From Chiloscyllium plagiosum (Eukaryota): 64,000 bases of DNA. Location: positions 3,037,649 to 3,101,648 of the forward strand of contig NC_057754.1 of assembly GCF_004010195.1 (NCBI RefSeq), given 5' to 3'. Numbering within the stretch: the stretch's first letter is position 1; each line of letters opens with the position of its first letter. Made by a program: the position numbers and the translations under genes. Below the pieces are notes generated by a model. That model was not told the DNA's origin. It did not search any database and worked only from the letters and a program-made list of their open reading frames with translations. Positions 1-12,835 of the stretch are shown in pieces.

Positions 1-128
1 TAACACTGGTGGGGACAGGTCTGTCCCTGTGTAACACTGGTGGGGACAGGTTTGTCCCTGTGTAACACTGGTGAATTGGACTTATGGGCGAACAGGTCTG
101 TTCCTGTAAATCACTGGTGGTGACAGGT
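1..128. repeat. 31-bp variant of the 44-bp satellite (TAACACTGGTGGGGACAGGTCTGTCCCTGTG)
   Basis: Direct tandem copies visible from base 1. Confidence 0.85.
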
Positions 129-904
129 TGTTGGCGGAAATGTGCCTTGTGCTGTTGAAAAAAAATGCAGCCTGGCGTCAACTCAGCTGGGAACTTTGCT
201 TCTTCCAATCTGGTGGTTTGAAACGAGACAACTCTGAGAATAATTTCATATTTGATCATGAAAGTAACAGCTGCTGAAGAGGCACGTAAGAAGCTCAAAT
301 TGTTTTATTTCAACACAAGCAGATCTCTCATTTACAAGCAATCTGAACAAGGCTGTAGCTCAGTACGTGTTGTCACTGCTACAATACGTATAGGAACAGC
401 TCTGCCCCAGATACACTGCGGGTTCTCAGAAACACACAGCACAGAAAAGGCCCTTTGGCCCATCAAGTCTGTCCCAAGTTGTAGGTGAAGTAATGTGAAC
501 TTAATCCCCTGTCTGCAGCTGGGCCAGAAAGGGAGTTAACAGTGTTCTGCAATTCTGTATGATCTATCCGTATAATCGACATCACGAAAAAAAAATTCCC
601 AGCATCCACACCCCATGACACTTTACCAAGTCTAATTTACCCCACATCCCCTACCCCAGCTTTGAGAATCCACGAGAAACCCCACAGACAGTGATCCCAG
701 CCCCCACAACCATAAAACACTTGCACCCTAATTGTTTGGGCTGGAGTTGAAAGAGATTCTCTTTGTGTCTCTTACAGAGTGTATGAAGTGGTTTGTGATC
801 TGCAAGTTTAGGGGACACCACTTGGGGTGACCTCTAAGTACGCCTTGTGCCCATGTCAGTGAGAGGCAAATATTGAGGTTTGAGTCAAGATTAAGGAAGA
901 ATTA

Positions 905-1530
905 TTTATTAGATCGGGACAACTGGTATCAAAAGAATCTGTTGAAGGGTTTAAAGGGGCAAACCTTAGAGGGATATCAGGAGGGCAAAAAGGGGATATT
1001 AGATAGCCTTGGCAGATAAGGTTAAGGATAATCCAAAGAGATTCTACAAGTACATAAAGAATAAGAGAGCAATTAGGGAGAGAATGGGGCCCCTTAAAGG
1101 TCAACAAGGTCATGTACGTGTTGAACCTCAGGAGATGGGAGAGATATTAAATGGATATTTTGGGTCAATTTTTACAGTGGAGAAAGACGTGGAGTCCAGA
1201 GAACGTGCGGAAATAAATACTGGTGTATTGAAAATAGTTCACATTACAGAAGAGGGATAACAGTGGATAAAACTCTCAAACCTAATCGAGTGTATCCCAG
1301 AACGTCGTGGGAAATTAGGGAAGAAATTGCGGAGCCCCGAGCAGAGAGATTTGTATCATCAATAAACACAGATGAGGTGCCAGAGGATTGGAATATTGCT
1401 AATGTTTTACCATTCTTCAAGAAAGGCTGTAAGGAGCAGCCTGGGATCTATAGTCTGTATGACATTGGTGGTGGGTAGGTTGTTGGACGTGATCTAAAGG
1501 ACAGGATTTATAAGCATTTAGAGAGGCACG
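905..1530 (+). mobile_element. Degenerate CR1/HER1 LINE ORF2 fragment
   Basis: ORFs read KDNPKRFYKYIKNKR, EMGEILNGYF, EVPEDWNIANVLPFFKKG, typical CR1 pre-RT segment; frameshifted. Confidence 0.9.
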
Positions 1531-1534
1531 AACA

Positions 1535-2435
1535 GATCTGTCACAGTACAATACGGCAGGATACAGCACTGGTGGGTTCAGGTCTGTCACTGTATAACAC
1601 TGGGGTACAGTACTAGTGGGGACAGGTCTGTCACTGTGTAACGCTGTGGTACAGTACTAGTGGGGACAGGTCTGTCACTGTATAACACGGGGTACAGTAC
1701 TGGTGGGGACAGGTCTGTCACTGTATAACACTGTGGTACAGTCCTGGTGGGGACAGGTCTGTCACTGTATAACACTGGGGTACAGTACTGGTGGGGACAG
1801 GTCTGTCACTGTATTAACTGGGGTACAGTACTGGTGGGGACAGGTCTGTCACTGTATAACACTGGGGTACAGTACTGGTGGGGACAGGTCTGTCACTGTA
1901 TAACACTGGGGTACAGTATTGGTGGGGACAGGTCTGTCACTGTATTAACTGGGGTACAGTGCTGGTGGGGACAGGTCTGTCAGTGTATTACACTGGGGTC
2001 CAGTACTGGTGGGGATAGGACTGTCCCTGTATTACACTGGGGTACAGTACTGGTGAGGACAGGTCTGTCACTGTGTAACACTGGGGTACAGTACTGGTGA
2101 GGATAGGACTGTCCCTGTATTACACTGGGGTACAGTACTGGTGAGGACAGGTCTGTCACTGTGTAACACTGGGGTACAGTACTGGTGGAGACAGGTCTGT
2201 CACTGTGTAACACTGAGGTACAGTACTGGTGGGGACAGGTCTGTAACTGTATTACACTGGGGTACAGCACTGGTGAGGACAGGACTGTCAGTGTGTAACA
2301 CTGGGATAAAGTATTGGTGGGAATAGGTCTGTCACTAGGGCAAATCTTACACGATATAACACCAGGGTACAAAACTGTAACCCAGTATCACACAGTGACA
2401 GACCTTTCCCTGCCAGTAGTGCACCCCAGTGTCAC
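1535..2435. repeat. 44-bp minisatellite (CAGTACTGGTGGGGACAGGTCTGTCACTGTATAACACTGGGGTA), ~18 copies plus an inverted copy at the right end
   Basis: Direct tandem periodicity read from sequence. Confidence 0.95.
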
Positions 2436-3299
2436 ACAGGATTAGACTTCTGAACCTCCTTAGTGGCCTGTTTTGCCCACTGACTAAATAATTGCAGATT
2501 TCTGCTGATGTGTGGACGCTGTTTGGACAGGGACGACAGCAGGGATCTGCAAGTTTGTGTCCAGTTTCCTCGACGAGCTGATTGTGACGAGTGCACAAGG
2601 CTTTTCTGCCCAGAATGTGGAATCATTTTTCTAAAGAAACAACATGCACTGCGCAATTTTTCTGCAAAGCAAAACACGCCTGACTGAAACAACCAGGAGT
2701 TAACCTCCTCAGAGTTTCGCCTTTCCTTGTCAAAAGCAAAATATTATCCATCCGCAGGAAATTTGCAATGGGAATAAAAGGTGTCGATTTGACAGTCACA
2801 TCACTGGCAAACACTTCCCGTTAATCTCTATTTCATTCACTTTCAAATAGTCAGGCCCCTTTTATAATGGAGACGAGCCATGTAAACCTGTCACGCTGCC
2901 AGAGGTGCAATTGCGCCACCACAGGCGGAAAGGTGTTATGACACATTTCCATGGGATACAGAGTCTTTCACAACTTAAAATGGTGACTGAGGCAAAAGTT
3001 GTACTCTTGACCCCAGTCTTTCAAGCCCCGCTTTCAACAAGAGGGGAGACAGATTAATTGTCGCTCATTGATCTTTTAAAAAAATAAGCTTATAAAATTC
3101 CTCAGTCGTGATCAACTTTAGTCCCAAGCTAAATAAATGCTACACTTCAGTACAAAAGATAAAAAATAAAAATTGTAACAAAATAGATATCTTTTTCAAA
3201 ACAAAAAAATATTCTTGGTCACAGGCTTGGTAGGTCCCCTTGACGGGGCCTGAGGTCAACATTTATCCCTTGGCAAACAGCACCTTTTTCTTCAAAAAA

Positions 3300-3450
3300 C
3301 AAAATAGCTGGTCATTACAGCATTGCTGTTTTGTGGGATCTTGCTGTGCACTGCCATGGTGCTGAGTTTCCTCCGTCGCAACAGCAGAAACGCCTCACGG
3401 TAGCGCGAGCGACGTCCTGAGGTTGTGACAGAAGGTGCTACGGAAAGGAG
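3300..3450 (+). mobile_element. DeuSINE (SacSINE1-like) 3' fragment
   Basis: CATTGCTGTTTTGTGGGATCTTGCTGTGC...GACGTCCTGAGGTTGTGA resembles the DeuSINE body as recalled; related copy on minus strand at ~26980-27120. Confidence 0.65.
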
Positions 3451-3794
3451 AGGCTGTTTTTTTGCTGTGCCATTCGATCGGTGTGGGGTTGGAGGGGAGG
3501 TGTTGGAGTGGGGAGGGGACAGGGTAGGCAAGAGGGAGAAATTGAGATGCTGGACAAAGAATAGATACTGCACAGGGGAGGAGGCCATTCCGCCCGTCAT
3601 GTCTACACTGGCTCTCTGAAGGAACTGTCCACCCACAGCCATTGCCTCAGCTCCTCCCCTTACTCTAACCTTTCAGATGATGATCCAATTCCCCTTTGAC
3701 AGCCTTGATTAAACCTGCCTCCACCACCCCCTCATTTAGTGCATTCCAGAGCCTAACCACTCATCGTGTGAAAGGTTTCTCCTCATGTCCCAGA

Positions 3795-4112
3795 ATCCCT
3801 AGTGTGGAAACAGGCCATCCGCCCCATCTTGACCTTCCAAAATGCAGCCCAGCCATACCCAACCCTGCCCTATCCCTGTAACTCTGCATTTCCCATGGCT
3901 AGTCCACCTAAACTGTACATCCCTGGACACAATGGGCAATTTAGTACAGCCAATCCACCGAACCCGCACATCTTTAGACTGTGGGAGGAAACCGGAGCAA
4001 ACACACACAGACACGGGGAGAATGTGCAAACCCCACAGAGACAGTCACCCGAGGGTGGAATCGTACCCAGGCCCCTGGAACGGTGAGGCAGTAGTGCTAA
4101 ACACTGAGCCGT
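3795..4112 (-). mobile_element. HE1-type (V-SINE) tRNA-derived SINE
   Basis: tRNA-like head, TGCTCCGGTTTCCTCCCACAGTC core and CR1-shared tail GCCTGTTTCCACACT. Confidence 0.9.
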
Positions 4113-4559
4113 AGACGCGGCTCCTTTTGCTGAATCTGTCTCTTCAGGTGCTCAATCCTTCCAGCAACGGGAACAGTTTCTACTCTAGCTTGAATGTTTA
4201 GGTTGTAAACTCCTTAATTAGATTCCTTCTCAGCTTTTTCTTCGACTAGGATTACAGCCCCAGCTTCTCTCTACAATCCACGTCACCAAGGCTCCTCAAT
4301 CCCTGGAACCATTCCCATGAATCTATTTTGCTCTTTCCCCCCCCACCCTAGTGTGGAAAGCTCCATCACCCTTCCGAATCAGCAGTGCACAGAAGTGCTT
4401 ACCATGCTTCAGACAAATACCCGACTAGTGTTTTGAAACAGTATTCCTGAAACAATTTAAACAGTTCTTTGACGTATCAGGAGATTTCACAAGAATTAAC
4501 AACATTTGATGCTGTATGAGAAGAGACTGCTGTTTAGCTGACAAGCAAACTCTGATTTG

Positions 4560-5200
4560 TACAGCTGCTGCCATGCAGAATGCACTTGTTTGATAACTGA
4601 CAGTCAACTGCCAAACTTTGTTTAAATTTAAACCAGGCAGATTGACTACGATTAGTCAATGGCTGTTGCCTATTTTTCACCTGTTCGATGATGACTGACA
4701 GTTAATTACCAAACATTGTTTAAATTTAAACCAGGCAGATTGACTATGATTGGTCAATGGCTGTTGCCTATTTTTCACCTGTTTGATGATGACTAACAGT
4801 TAATTACCGAACTTTGTTTAAATTTAAACCAGGCAGATTGACTACGATTGGTCAATCACTGTGGCCTATTTTGCACCTATTCGATGATGACTGAGAGTTA
4901 ATTGCCAAACATTGTTTAAATTTAAACCAGGCAGTTTGACTCCAATTGGTCAATCACTGTGGCCTATTTTGCACCTGTTTGATGGTGACTGACAGTTAAT
5001 TGCCAAACTTTGTTTAAATTTAAACCAGGCAGATTGACTCCAATTGGTCAAGGCATTGGTCAATGGCTGTTGCCTAATTTGCACCTGTTTGATGATGACT
5101 GACAGTTAATTGCCAAACATTGTCTAAATTTAAACCAGGCAGATTGACTGCAGTTGGTTAAGGCATTGGTCAATGGCTGTTGCCCATTTTGTTGAGTTGA
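4560..5200. repeat. ~98-bp tandem repeat, ~6 copies, each with the palindrome GTTTAAATTTAAAC
   Basis: TTTAAATTTAAACCAGGCAG recurs at ~4620, 4718, 4816, 4914, 5012 and (one mismatch) 5122. Confidence 0.9.
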
Positions 5201-6302
5201 AACAGGCACACTATGTGTTTATGCATTCCTTCTGACTGCAAAGTCCCTGAGCAATCAAACTCCACTTGTCAAATAATCAGCACCCTCTTCTCATAAAGTT
5301 TAAATTGTTGATCGCTCTGACTTAGTGGCATTCTTGTGAATGTCCTGATGAATGTAAGAATGGAAGCTTCAAGAATTTGTGACTTTCTCAGCAAGACTCA
5401 AACTCTATACAACTACTTCACTCAAAAGGTGTTGCATTTAAATTCAGACCAAGACTAGCAAGTTTACGTCTTGAATGAGTAGCCCACTTTGGAAGCCATT
5501 GTTTATAACTGACGTTTCATAGTAGGTGAACTAATAGAGATTTTCCCGGTGAACATTCAAAGTGGGTTATCGGAGGGACTGGTTGAGGAACAGGTTACCA
5601 GATCAAACACTCGCTGAGCTAGCACGCGACGGGCCAAATGGTTTCCGAATGATGGAAAAACAGAGTGGCACCAAGCCAGATATCCCAGAGGTGTCTACTG
5701 AGTCATGCAGTTTTATTCTGAAAGTGACCCTCGCCCTCCTTAAACAAACAGATTGGCAATGGGCTGCCCAAAGGTGGGGAAGACACTGGAGAGTTCTCCA
5801 GGAACACAGTGCCCTTATAACAGAACTGTGTTGGGGTAAAAAATCAGTAGGAACGCTTTAGCCTTTTCAAACAGGTTCACACCTCCGTGCACCCAGGGAC
5901 GGAGGGACCAAGTGGGAGTTAACTGTGCCTTCAAAGACCCAGAATCCACACAATGTTACTTGGTCAAAACGAGTAAAAAGAAGGCCCGAGCAAACCCAAG
6001 CCGTGAGGAACAGCTTTTGTCGTCAGTAATTTCTGATGAATCAAATTCGCTTTCCTATGGGGGAGAGGAGAGGTGGAGCTTGGTGAGAAAGAGAGGTTTC
6101 CTAAAGCAAGTCCTACACATCTTAAAGAAGCTATTTCGCCAAGTGGTGAGGTGTGGGAGGGGAACAAAGGGCGTTGAGGGAGGGAGAGACGGAGAGAGCC
6201 TTGGGTTTCTAAACGTGGCTCCCTCGATCTCACCCCAGAACACCCCCCCCCCCCACCCCACCCCCCCCCAAACACAGGACTGTTTCTAATGCTCCCAGCT
6301 CC

Positions 6303-6511
6303 TTATGCACCCTCCCTGTGCCACAGGCATTGCTGCTTCATTTCTTCACTGTCCAGCCTCAGTGCATGAGTCGAAGTCCAGTCTCGCTCGAACACTGCTT
6401 TCAGCTGGCTCTGCACCGTGCCAGGGTTGTCATGTGCCACGCCTGTCTGGTTTATGACGAGCCCCACTCCAGCCGTTCTCACAAAGTAATCCTCCGCCCA
6501 GTTAGATGTCC
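6303..6511 (-). CDS. PLD3/PLD4-family exonuclease (PLD3-like, possibly pld7), last coding exon
   Basis: ttgcag|GG ACA TCT AAC TGG: GTSNWAEDYFVRTAG...QLKAVFERDW...stop TAA at 6303-6305; phase 1 matches the upstream exon. Confidence 0.95.
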
Positions 6512-6589
6512 CTGCAAGCACAGAACACACATGGAATGGTGAAACCTTAACACAGCTCCATGCCCAGTGCTTTCCTCACAGTCGGCACA

Positions 6590-7140
6590 CACAACCCTAA
6601 TATGGATCAGCCAAGGACAGGTCAGAGGCTGGGAATCCCGCAGCAAGTAACGCAACTCCACAGAGCCTGTCCACTGTCTGCCAGGCACAAGTCAGGAGTC
6701 CGTTGGGATACTCCTCAGTTGCCCTGGATGGGGGCAGCTCCAACAACCCTCAAGACGCTCGACACCATCCAGGACAAAGCAACCCGCTTGATTGGCACCA
6801 GATCCACCCCCTCCACCAGCGACCCTCAGTCGCAGCAGTGTGTACCATCTGGACTACAGAAATTCACCAAAGTTCCTCAGACAGCACCTTCCAAACCCAT
6901 GAGCTCTGGCCTCAAATACAAAGACAACAGACAGATGGGAACGCCATCTCCTGCAGGTTCCCCTCCCAGCCCCTCACCATCCCGACTTGGAAATATATCG
7001 GCCGTTCCTTCAGTGTTGTTGGGTCAAAATGCTGGAATGCCCTCCCTAACAACACTGTGTGGGTGTCTCTACAACCACATGGACTGCAATCGTTCAACCA
7101 TCAGGAACAATTGGGCATGTACAATAAAAAGGGACGTTGC
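6590..7140 (+). mobile_element. Non-LTR retrotransposon RT C-terminal fragment (CR1/L2/RTEX group)
   Basis: WMGAAPTTLKTLDTIQDKATRLIG and FSVVGSKCWNALP; same family on minus strand at ~40620-40970. Confidence 0.8.
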
Positions 7141-7830
7141 CAATGACACTCTCAACTCACAGAGAAAGCCCTGGCCATACACAATTGACATTTACTTATT
7201 TATTAAACATATTAGTAATGCTACCGCTACAGCCACCTCCCTCCCATCAATATTTTGCCAACACCCAGAAATACAATGGGGAACTATTATGTAAACATGT
7301 CACATTGTAATTACGCCCACCCACCAGTAGGAGTGGTGGAGTTGCACAAGGAGGTGAGGCCAGTGGGGGCAATTTCCTGGAACATCCCACTTTGTTCCTA
7401 ATTTGCCCAACAAAGCGCGCTGCCTCACCAACAGGCTCTCTGCCTGTATTCCTGATGAAGGGCTTTTGCCCGAAACGTCGATTTTACTGCTCCCCGGATG
7501 CTGCCTGAACTGCTGTGCATTCCCAGCGCCACTCTAATCCACACCCCTTTTTGTTTGTCACATTCTCTGTCACCCTCTCTGCCCTCCCCACACTCCACTG
7601 TACTTTCCACTCTGGCAGTTAGACTAGGCATTGCTCTACCATGATCGCCTAGTTTGGACGCTCAACGTCCTTTCTCCCCCAGCACTCCGCGCCTCCACTT
7701 TAACGCTAGCCCCCTGCACACTTCACTTTAGCTTTGAGTCATCACAAGACGCCAGCTTGCTTTCTCTCCATGGTTGCTGCCTGACCCACTACGAGCTCCA
7801 GCATTGTTTTAGTTTCCAGTACCTACTTAC

Positions 7831-7930
7831 CAATGTAGGCAATGCGATCGGTGACCATGTATTTGTTGTGGTTGACCCTGCTGAACGGTATTTTTTTCTG
7901 TTGCTCTGTGGCTGGAACTTTGAAGATCTT
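7831..7930 (-). CDS. PLD3-like exon with second HKD motif
   Basis: cttgcag|[34 protein letters not shown]|gtaagt; 100 nt, phase 0 to 1. Confidence 0.95.
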
Positions 7931-8264
7931 CTGCAAGAGGAAAATGAGAGGGGCTGGGGACAGTCATGTGTTGGATGAAAGCGCAACAGATTCTCGTCAC
8001 CACGTGTTAACCATCGTAGAGAATGACATGGAGTTCCACAGCTGATGACTGCTCGTACAGTCACGCTGGCGTTAGTACAAAGAGTAGGAAGCCGGTCAGC
8101 TCAGTTGGTTGAGAGGCTGGCTTGTGATGCAGAGTCACACCAACGAGGTAGGCTTGAATCCGGCAGCGGGCTGAGATCCTGCCTTCTTGAGCTCACCCTT
8201 TAACCTGAGGCATGCTCTAATGAGAGAGAGTGGGACACCGACGACTGCTAACGGCGACTGTGGG

Positions 8265-8880
8265 GGTGGCACGGTGTCTCAGTGGTTAGCACTACTGACC
8301 CACAGCACCAGGGACCCGGGTTCGATTCCAGCCCCAGGTAACTGTCTGTGTGGAGTTTGCACGTTCTCCCCGTCTCTGCGTGGGGTTTCCTCCGTGTGCT
8401 CCGGTTTACTCCCACAGTCCAAATATGTGCAGGTTAGGGTGAATTGGGCATGGGAAATTGTCCCATAGTGCCCATGGGTGTGCAGGTTAGGGTGGATTGG
8501 CCGTGCTAAATTGTCCCGTAGTGCCCAGGGATGTGCAGGTTAGGGTAGATTGGCCGTGCTAAATTGCCCCATAATGTCCAAGGATGTGCAGGTTAGGGTG
8601 AATTGGCCGTGCTAAATTGCCCCATAATGTCCAGCGATGTGCAGGTTAGGGTGGATTGGCCATGCTAAATTGCCCCATAATGTCCAGGGATGTGCAGGTT
8701 AGGGTGGGTTGGCCATGCTAAATTGTCCCATAGTGCCCAGGGATGTGCAGGTTAGGTGCATTAGTCAGGGGTAAATATAGGATAACAGGGTAGGGGGATG
8801 GCTCCGCGTGGGTCACTCTCCGGAGGGTTGGTGTGGACTTGTTGGGCCGAAGGGCCTGTTTCCACACGGTAGGGATTCCA
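8265..8880 (+). mobile_element. HE1 SINE with internally amplified 53-bp unit
   Basis: Head GGTGGCACGGTG..CAGTGGTTAGC, ~6 tandem GGTTAGGGTGGATTGGCC..GATGTGCA units, CR1-like tail. Confidence 0.9.
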
Positions 8881-9042
8881 TAAAATAAAAATACCATTCC
8901 TCCGCCCTTCCTCCGATGGACCTTTCATCCGTCAGCCCTATGGGCAAGGTGGCCCCCCCTCTGTAATGGGCAGGGGGGTGCGTACTTAGAGTCGAATGGA
9001 AGCACAGGCAGTAAAATGGCTGCTGACAATCCAGTGACTCAC

Positions 9043-9208
9043 CACCTCGATATTGCAGTGCAGCGGCTGCTCAGCGAGGACACTCAGGGACTTCAGGTAG
9101 ACATACATCGGCCGATAAGAATGCTCCCAGCAGCTGATTAGCAGGCGGACTGACACTTTCCGCTGGCAAGCCGCTTCACGCAGACGATCGTCGATGGCGG
9201 ACCAGAAT
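9043..9208 (-). CDS. PLD3-like exon
   Basis: aag|(R)FWSAIDDRLREAACQRKVSVRLLISCWEHS...HCNIEV|gtgagt; 166 nt, phase 2 to 0. Confidence 0.95.
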
Positions 9209-9804
9209 CTTTGGGGGGGCGGGAGTGGAAAGCGGGCAATCGGCAAATGAACAAGTTAAAACATTGTAACAGATGCACCCCCTCACTTACCAATTGAGAC
9301 GATCTTTCCACCTCAGAACGTCACACGCACCCACCAAAACACCCTCTGAAGGGCAGCGATGCCTGATGGGCACACAGCAAGATCCCACGGGATTGGCGAC
9401 GCACCCAAGACCGTCCGATTTGTAGCGACACGGGTCGGGTTAAAGCATCAGTAAAGGTATCCACCCCCTACTCCACATCCTTCCCATAAACACTCCCCTG
9501 CCCCCAAACCACCTCTGCCTTCAAACGGTTACCAAGGAATGTCTCACACCCAGTCGAGGGGCTGGTGAGCTATCCTTGGCTCGGCCCCTCGACAGCAGCA
9601 GGGCCGGCCCGGCTATTTCCCCAGCTCGGGGTGGTGTGGGGGCAGCGGTGGGGCATCACGCCGGACACAGAGCTCAGAGGCAGCAGTCAGGGGATGCAGG
9701 GGGCAGGGACCGGCTCCAAGTGGTTGGGTAGATCTCCCAACCCTGCGCGCACCTCTCATCCCTGGCAAAACCTTCCTCACCTCTCAGGTCAGCAGCCCAC
9801 CTAC

Positions 9805-9944
9805 CTCGGAGGTTTGCAGTACTGGCAGAGGGGGACCAACTCCATGACTGAGATGAAGACATAAGCTTCCGCATCATCGATCACGCTCAGGATGGCGCTG
9901 AGGTCTGAAGTGCGACCAGAGGCGCAGAGGGAGGGCGGAGCGCT
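9805..9944 (-). CDS. PLD3-like exon
   Basis: ctgcag|SAPPSLCASGRTSDLSAILSVIDDAEAYVFISVMELVPLCQYCKPPR|gtaggt; 140 nt, phase 0 to 2. Confidence 0.95.
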
Positions 9945-10059
9945 CTGCAGGAGAGAGAGAGTCCAGTACAGTTGGTCGTACGGCCAGCCCGGGTCCTACG
10001 TTCACTCCCATCCCTCAGACTCAGAAGAGAAATCTAACATAGCTTACATCTCTACACAA

Positions 10060-10712
10060 GTGGGCAGCACGGTGGCTGTATGGTTAGCACTGCTGCCTCA
10101 CAGCGCCAGGGACCGGGATTCGATTCCAGCCTCGGGTGACTGTCTTTGTGTGGAGTTTGCACATTCTCCCTGTGTCTGCATGGGTTTCCTCCGGGTGCTC
10201 CGGTTTCCTCCCACAATCCAAAGATGCACAGGTTAGGGTGGATTGGCCGTGCTAAATTGTCCCATAGTGCCCAGGGATGTACAGGTTAGGGTGGATTGGC
10301 CTTGCTAAATTGTCCCATAGTGTCCAGGGATGTGCAGGTTAGGATGGATTGGCTGTGCCAAATTGTCCCATAGTGTCCAGGGATGTGCAGGTTAGGGTGA
10401 ATTGGCCGTGCTAAATTGTCCCATAGTGCCCAGGGATGTGCAGGTTAGGGTGGATTGACCGTGCTAAATTGTCCCATAGTGCCCAGGGATGCACAGGTTA
10501 GGGTGAATTGGCCGTGCTAAATTGTCCATAGTGCCCAGGGATGTGCAGGTTAGGGTGGATTGGCCATGGGAAATTGCCCCATAGTGCCCAGGGATGTGTA
10601 GTGTTGGGGCATGAGTCAGGGTTAATGTAGGGGAATGGGTCTGGGTGGGTTACTCTTCGGAGGGTCAGCGTGGACCTGTTGGGCCAAAGTGTTTCCACAC
10701 TGTAGGGATTCT
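10060..10712 (+). mobile_element. HE1 SINE with ~7 tandem 53-bp internal units
   Basis: Same structure as 8265-8880. Confidence 0.9.
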
Positions 10713-11004
10713 GGGATACAGTGCCACACTTGCAAGAGATCTATCAGAGTGTGTGCATTGTTCAAGCCCCCTTGTCTCAGGTAGGGTATACTTACCGTGG
10801 ATGGAAAACCGAGGAACTTCCTGACCTCCGACAGATGGTAGCATGAGGAGAGGTTGGGTAGGTTGGGCCTGTACCCATTGGAGCTTTGAAGAATGTGGGC
10901 AGGACTTATACAGTTAATGAGGTAAAAACAATGACTGCAGATGCTGGAAACCAGATTCTGGATTAGTGGTGCTGGAAGAGCACAGCAATTCAGGCAGCAT
11001 CCGA

Positions 11005-12515
11005 AGGTAAGGCCCTGGGGAGTGCTGTTGAACAGAGACCTAGGGGTCCAGGTGCATAGTTCCTTGAAAGTAGAGTAACAGGTAGACAGGATAGTGAAGA
11101 AGGTGTTTGGTATGCTTGCCTTCATTGGTCAGTGCATTGAGTACGGGAGTTGGGAGGTCATGTTGCGGCTGTACAGGATGTCAGTAAGTCACTTTTGGAA
11201 TACTGCGTTCAATTCTGGTCTCCCTGCTTTCGGAAGGATGTTGTGAAACTTGAAAGGGTTCAGAAGAGATTTACAAGGATGTTGGCAGGGCTGGAGGGTT
11301 TGAGCAACAGGGAGAGGCTGAATAGGACTATTTTCCCTAGAAAGTCAGAGGCTGAGGGGTGACCTTATAGAGGTTTATAAAATCATGAGGGGCATGGATA
11401 GGATAAATAGATAAGGTCTTTTCCTCAGGGTGTATGAGCCCAAACATAGAGGCCATAGGTTTAAGGTGAGAGGGGAAAGATATAAAAAGGACCCAAGGAG
11501 CAGGTTTTTCATTCAGAGCGTAGTGTGTGTATGGCAGGAGTTGCCAGAGGACGTCATGGAGTCATAGAGATGTACAGCATGGAAACAGACCCTTCGGTCC
11601 AACCCGTCCATGCCGACCAGATATCCCAACCCAATCTAGTCCCACCTGCCAGCACCCGGCCCATATCCCTCCAAACCCTTCCTATTCATATACCCATCCA
11701 AATGCCTTTTAAATGTTGTCACTGTACCAGCCTCCACCACATCCTCTGGCAGCTCATTCCACACACGTACCACCCTCTGCGTGAAAATGTTGCCCTTTTA
11801 GGTCCCTTTTATATCTTTCTCCTCTCACCCGAAACCTATGCCCTCTAGTTCTGCACTCCCCCCCCACTAGGGAAGAGACTTTGTCTATTTATCCTATCCA
11901 TGTCCCTCATGATTTTGTAAACCTCTATAAGGTCATCCCTCAGCCTCCGACACTCCAGGGAAAACAGCCCCAGCCTGTTCAGCCTCTCCCTGTAGCTCAA
12001 ACCCTCCAATCCTGGCAACATCCTTGTAAATCTTTTCTGAACCCTTTCAAGTTTCACAGGAGGCTGGTACAATTACAGCATTTAGAAGGCATCTAGATGG
12101 GTATATGAATAGGTAAAAACAATGGCTACAGATGCTGGAAGCCAGATTCTGGAATAGAGTGGTGCCGGAAAAGTGATGCTGCAGTTCAGGCAGCATCCGA
12201 GGAGCAGGAAAATCCGACGTTTCGGGCAAAAGCCCTTCATCAGGAATACGGAAGGGTTTAGAGGGATATGGGGAGAAAGTGAGGTCTGCAGATGCTGGAG
12301 ATCAGAGCTGGAAATGTGTTGCTGGAAAAGCGCAGCAGGTCAGGCAGCATCCAGGGAACAGGAGAATCGACGTTTCGGGCATAAGCCCTTCTTCTTTAGA
12401 GGGATATGGACCAAATGCTGGCAAGTGGGACTAGATTGGGTCGAAATATCCGGGCAGCATGGACGAGTTGGACCGAAGGGTCTGTTTCCGTGCTGTCCAC
12501 CTCTGTGACTCTGAC
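11005..12515. mobile_element. Nested CR1/HER1 3' ends (plus copy, inverted copy 11555-12056) with two short Penelope-derived insertions
   Basis: LEYCVQFWSP/KLERVQKRFTRML ORFs on both strands; insertions at ~12112-12243 and 12272-12394. Confidence 0.9.
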
Positions 12516-12634
12516 TCTAAATACAATCAAAATTCTCCCGCTCCCCGCTAGCAGCAGAGACCGGCCACCTATCCCTGTCTTCCCCACCCTCTGACTTTCA
12601 GCACAGCGACGCGGGAAAGGACTGGGAGACTCAC

Positions 12635-12835
12635 CGAGACGTACACGTCCGCTTCAATCCCGTTCAGTTTCAGCCTGAGCGGCTGCTCCTTGCTGGACAG
12701 GGCAGTGTACCTACCAGGCCACCGTCGGGGGAGAGCTGCCCCCTCCCCACCCAAGTACCAGTAGGTGCCGAAGATCCTGTCCATGTCACGTGCCAGGCAG
12801 CTACAGTTGGACAGCACCACCCCCAGCTCCTTGAC
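12635..12835 (-). CDS. PLD3-like exon
   Basis: gacag|VKELGVVLSNCSCLARDMDRIFGTYW...EADVYVS|gtgag; 201 nt, phase 0 to 0. Confidence 0.95.

Noticed and set aside
1587-2372. Repetitive Cys/Trp-rich ORFs (also 52826-53538, 32379-32940)
   Set aside because: Translations of minisatellite units.
8265-8340. tRNA-like heads (also ~10060, ~28393, ~32905-32975, ~34995)
   Set aside because: These are HE1 SINE 5' regions, not tRNA genes.
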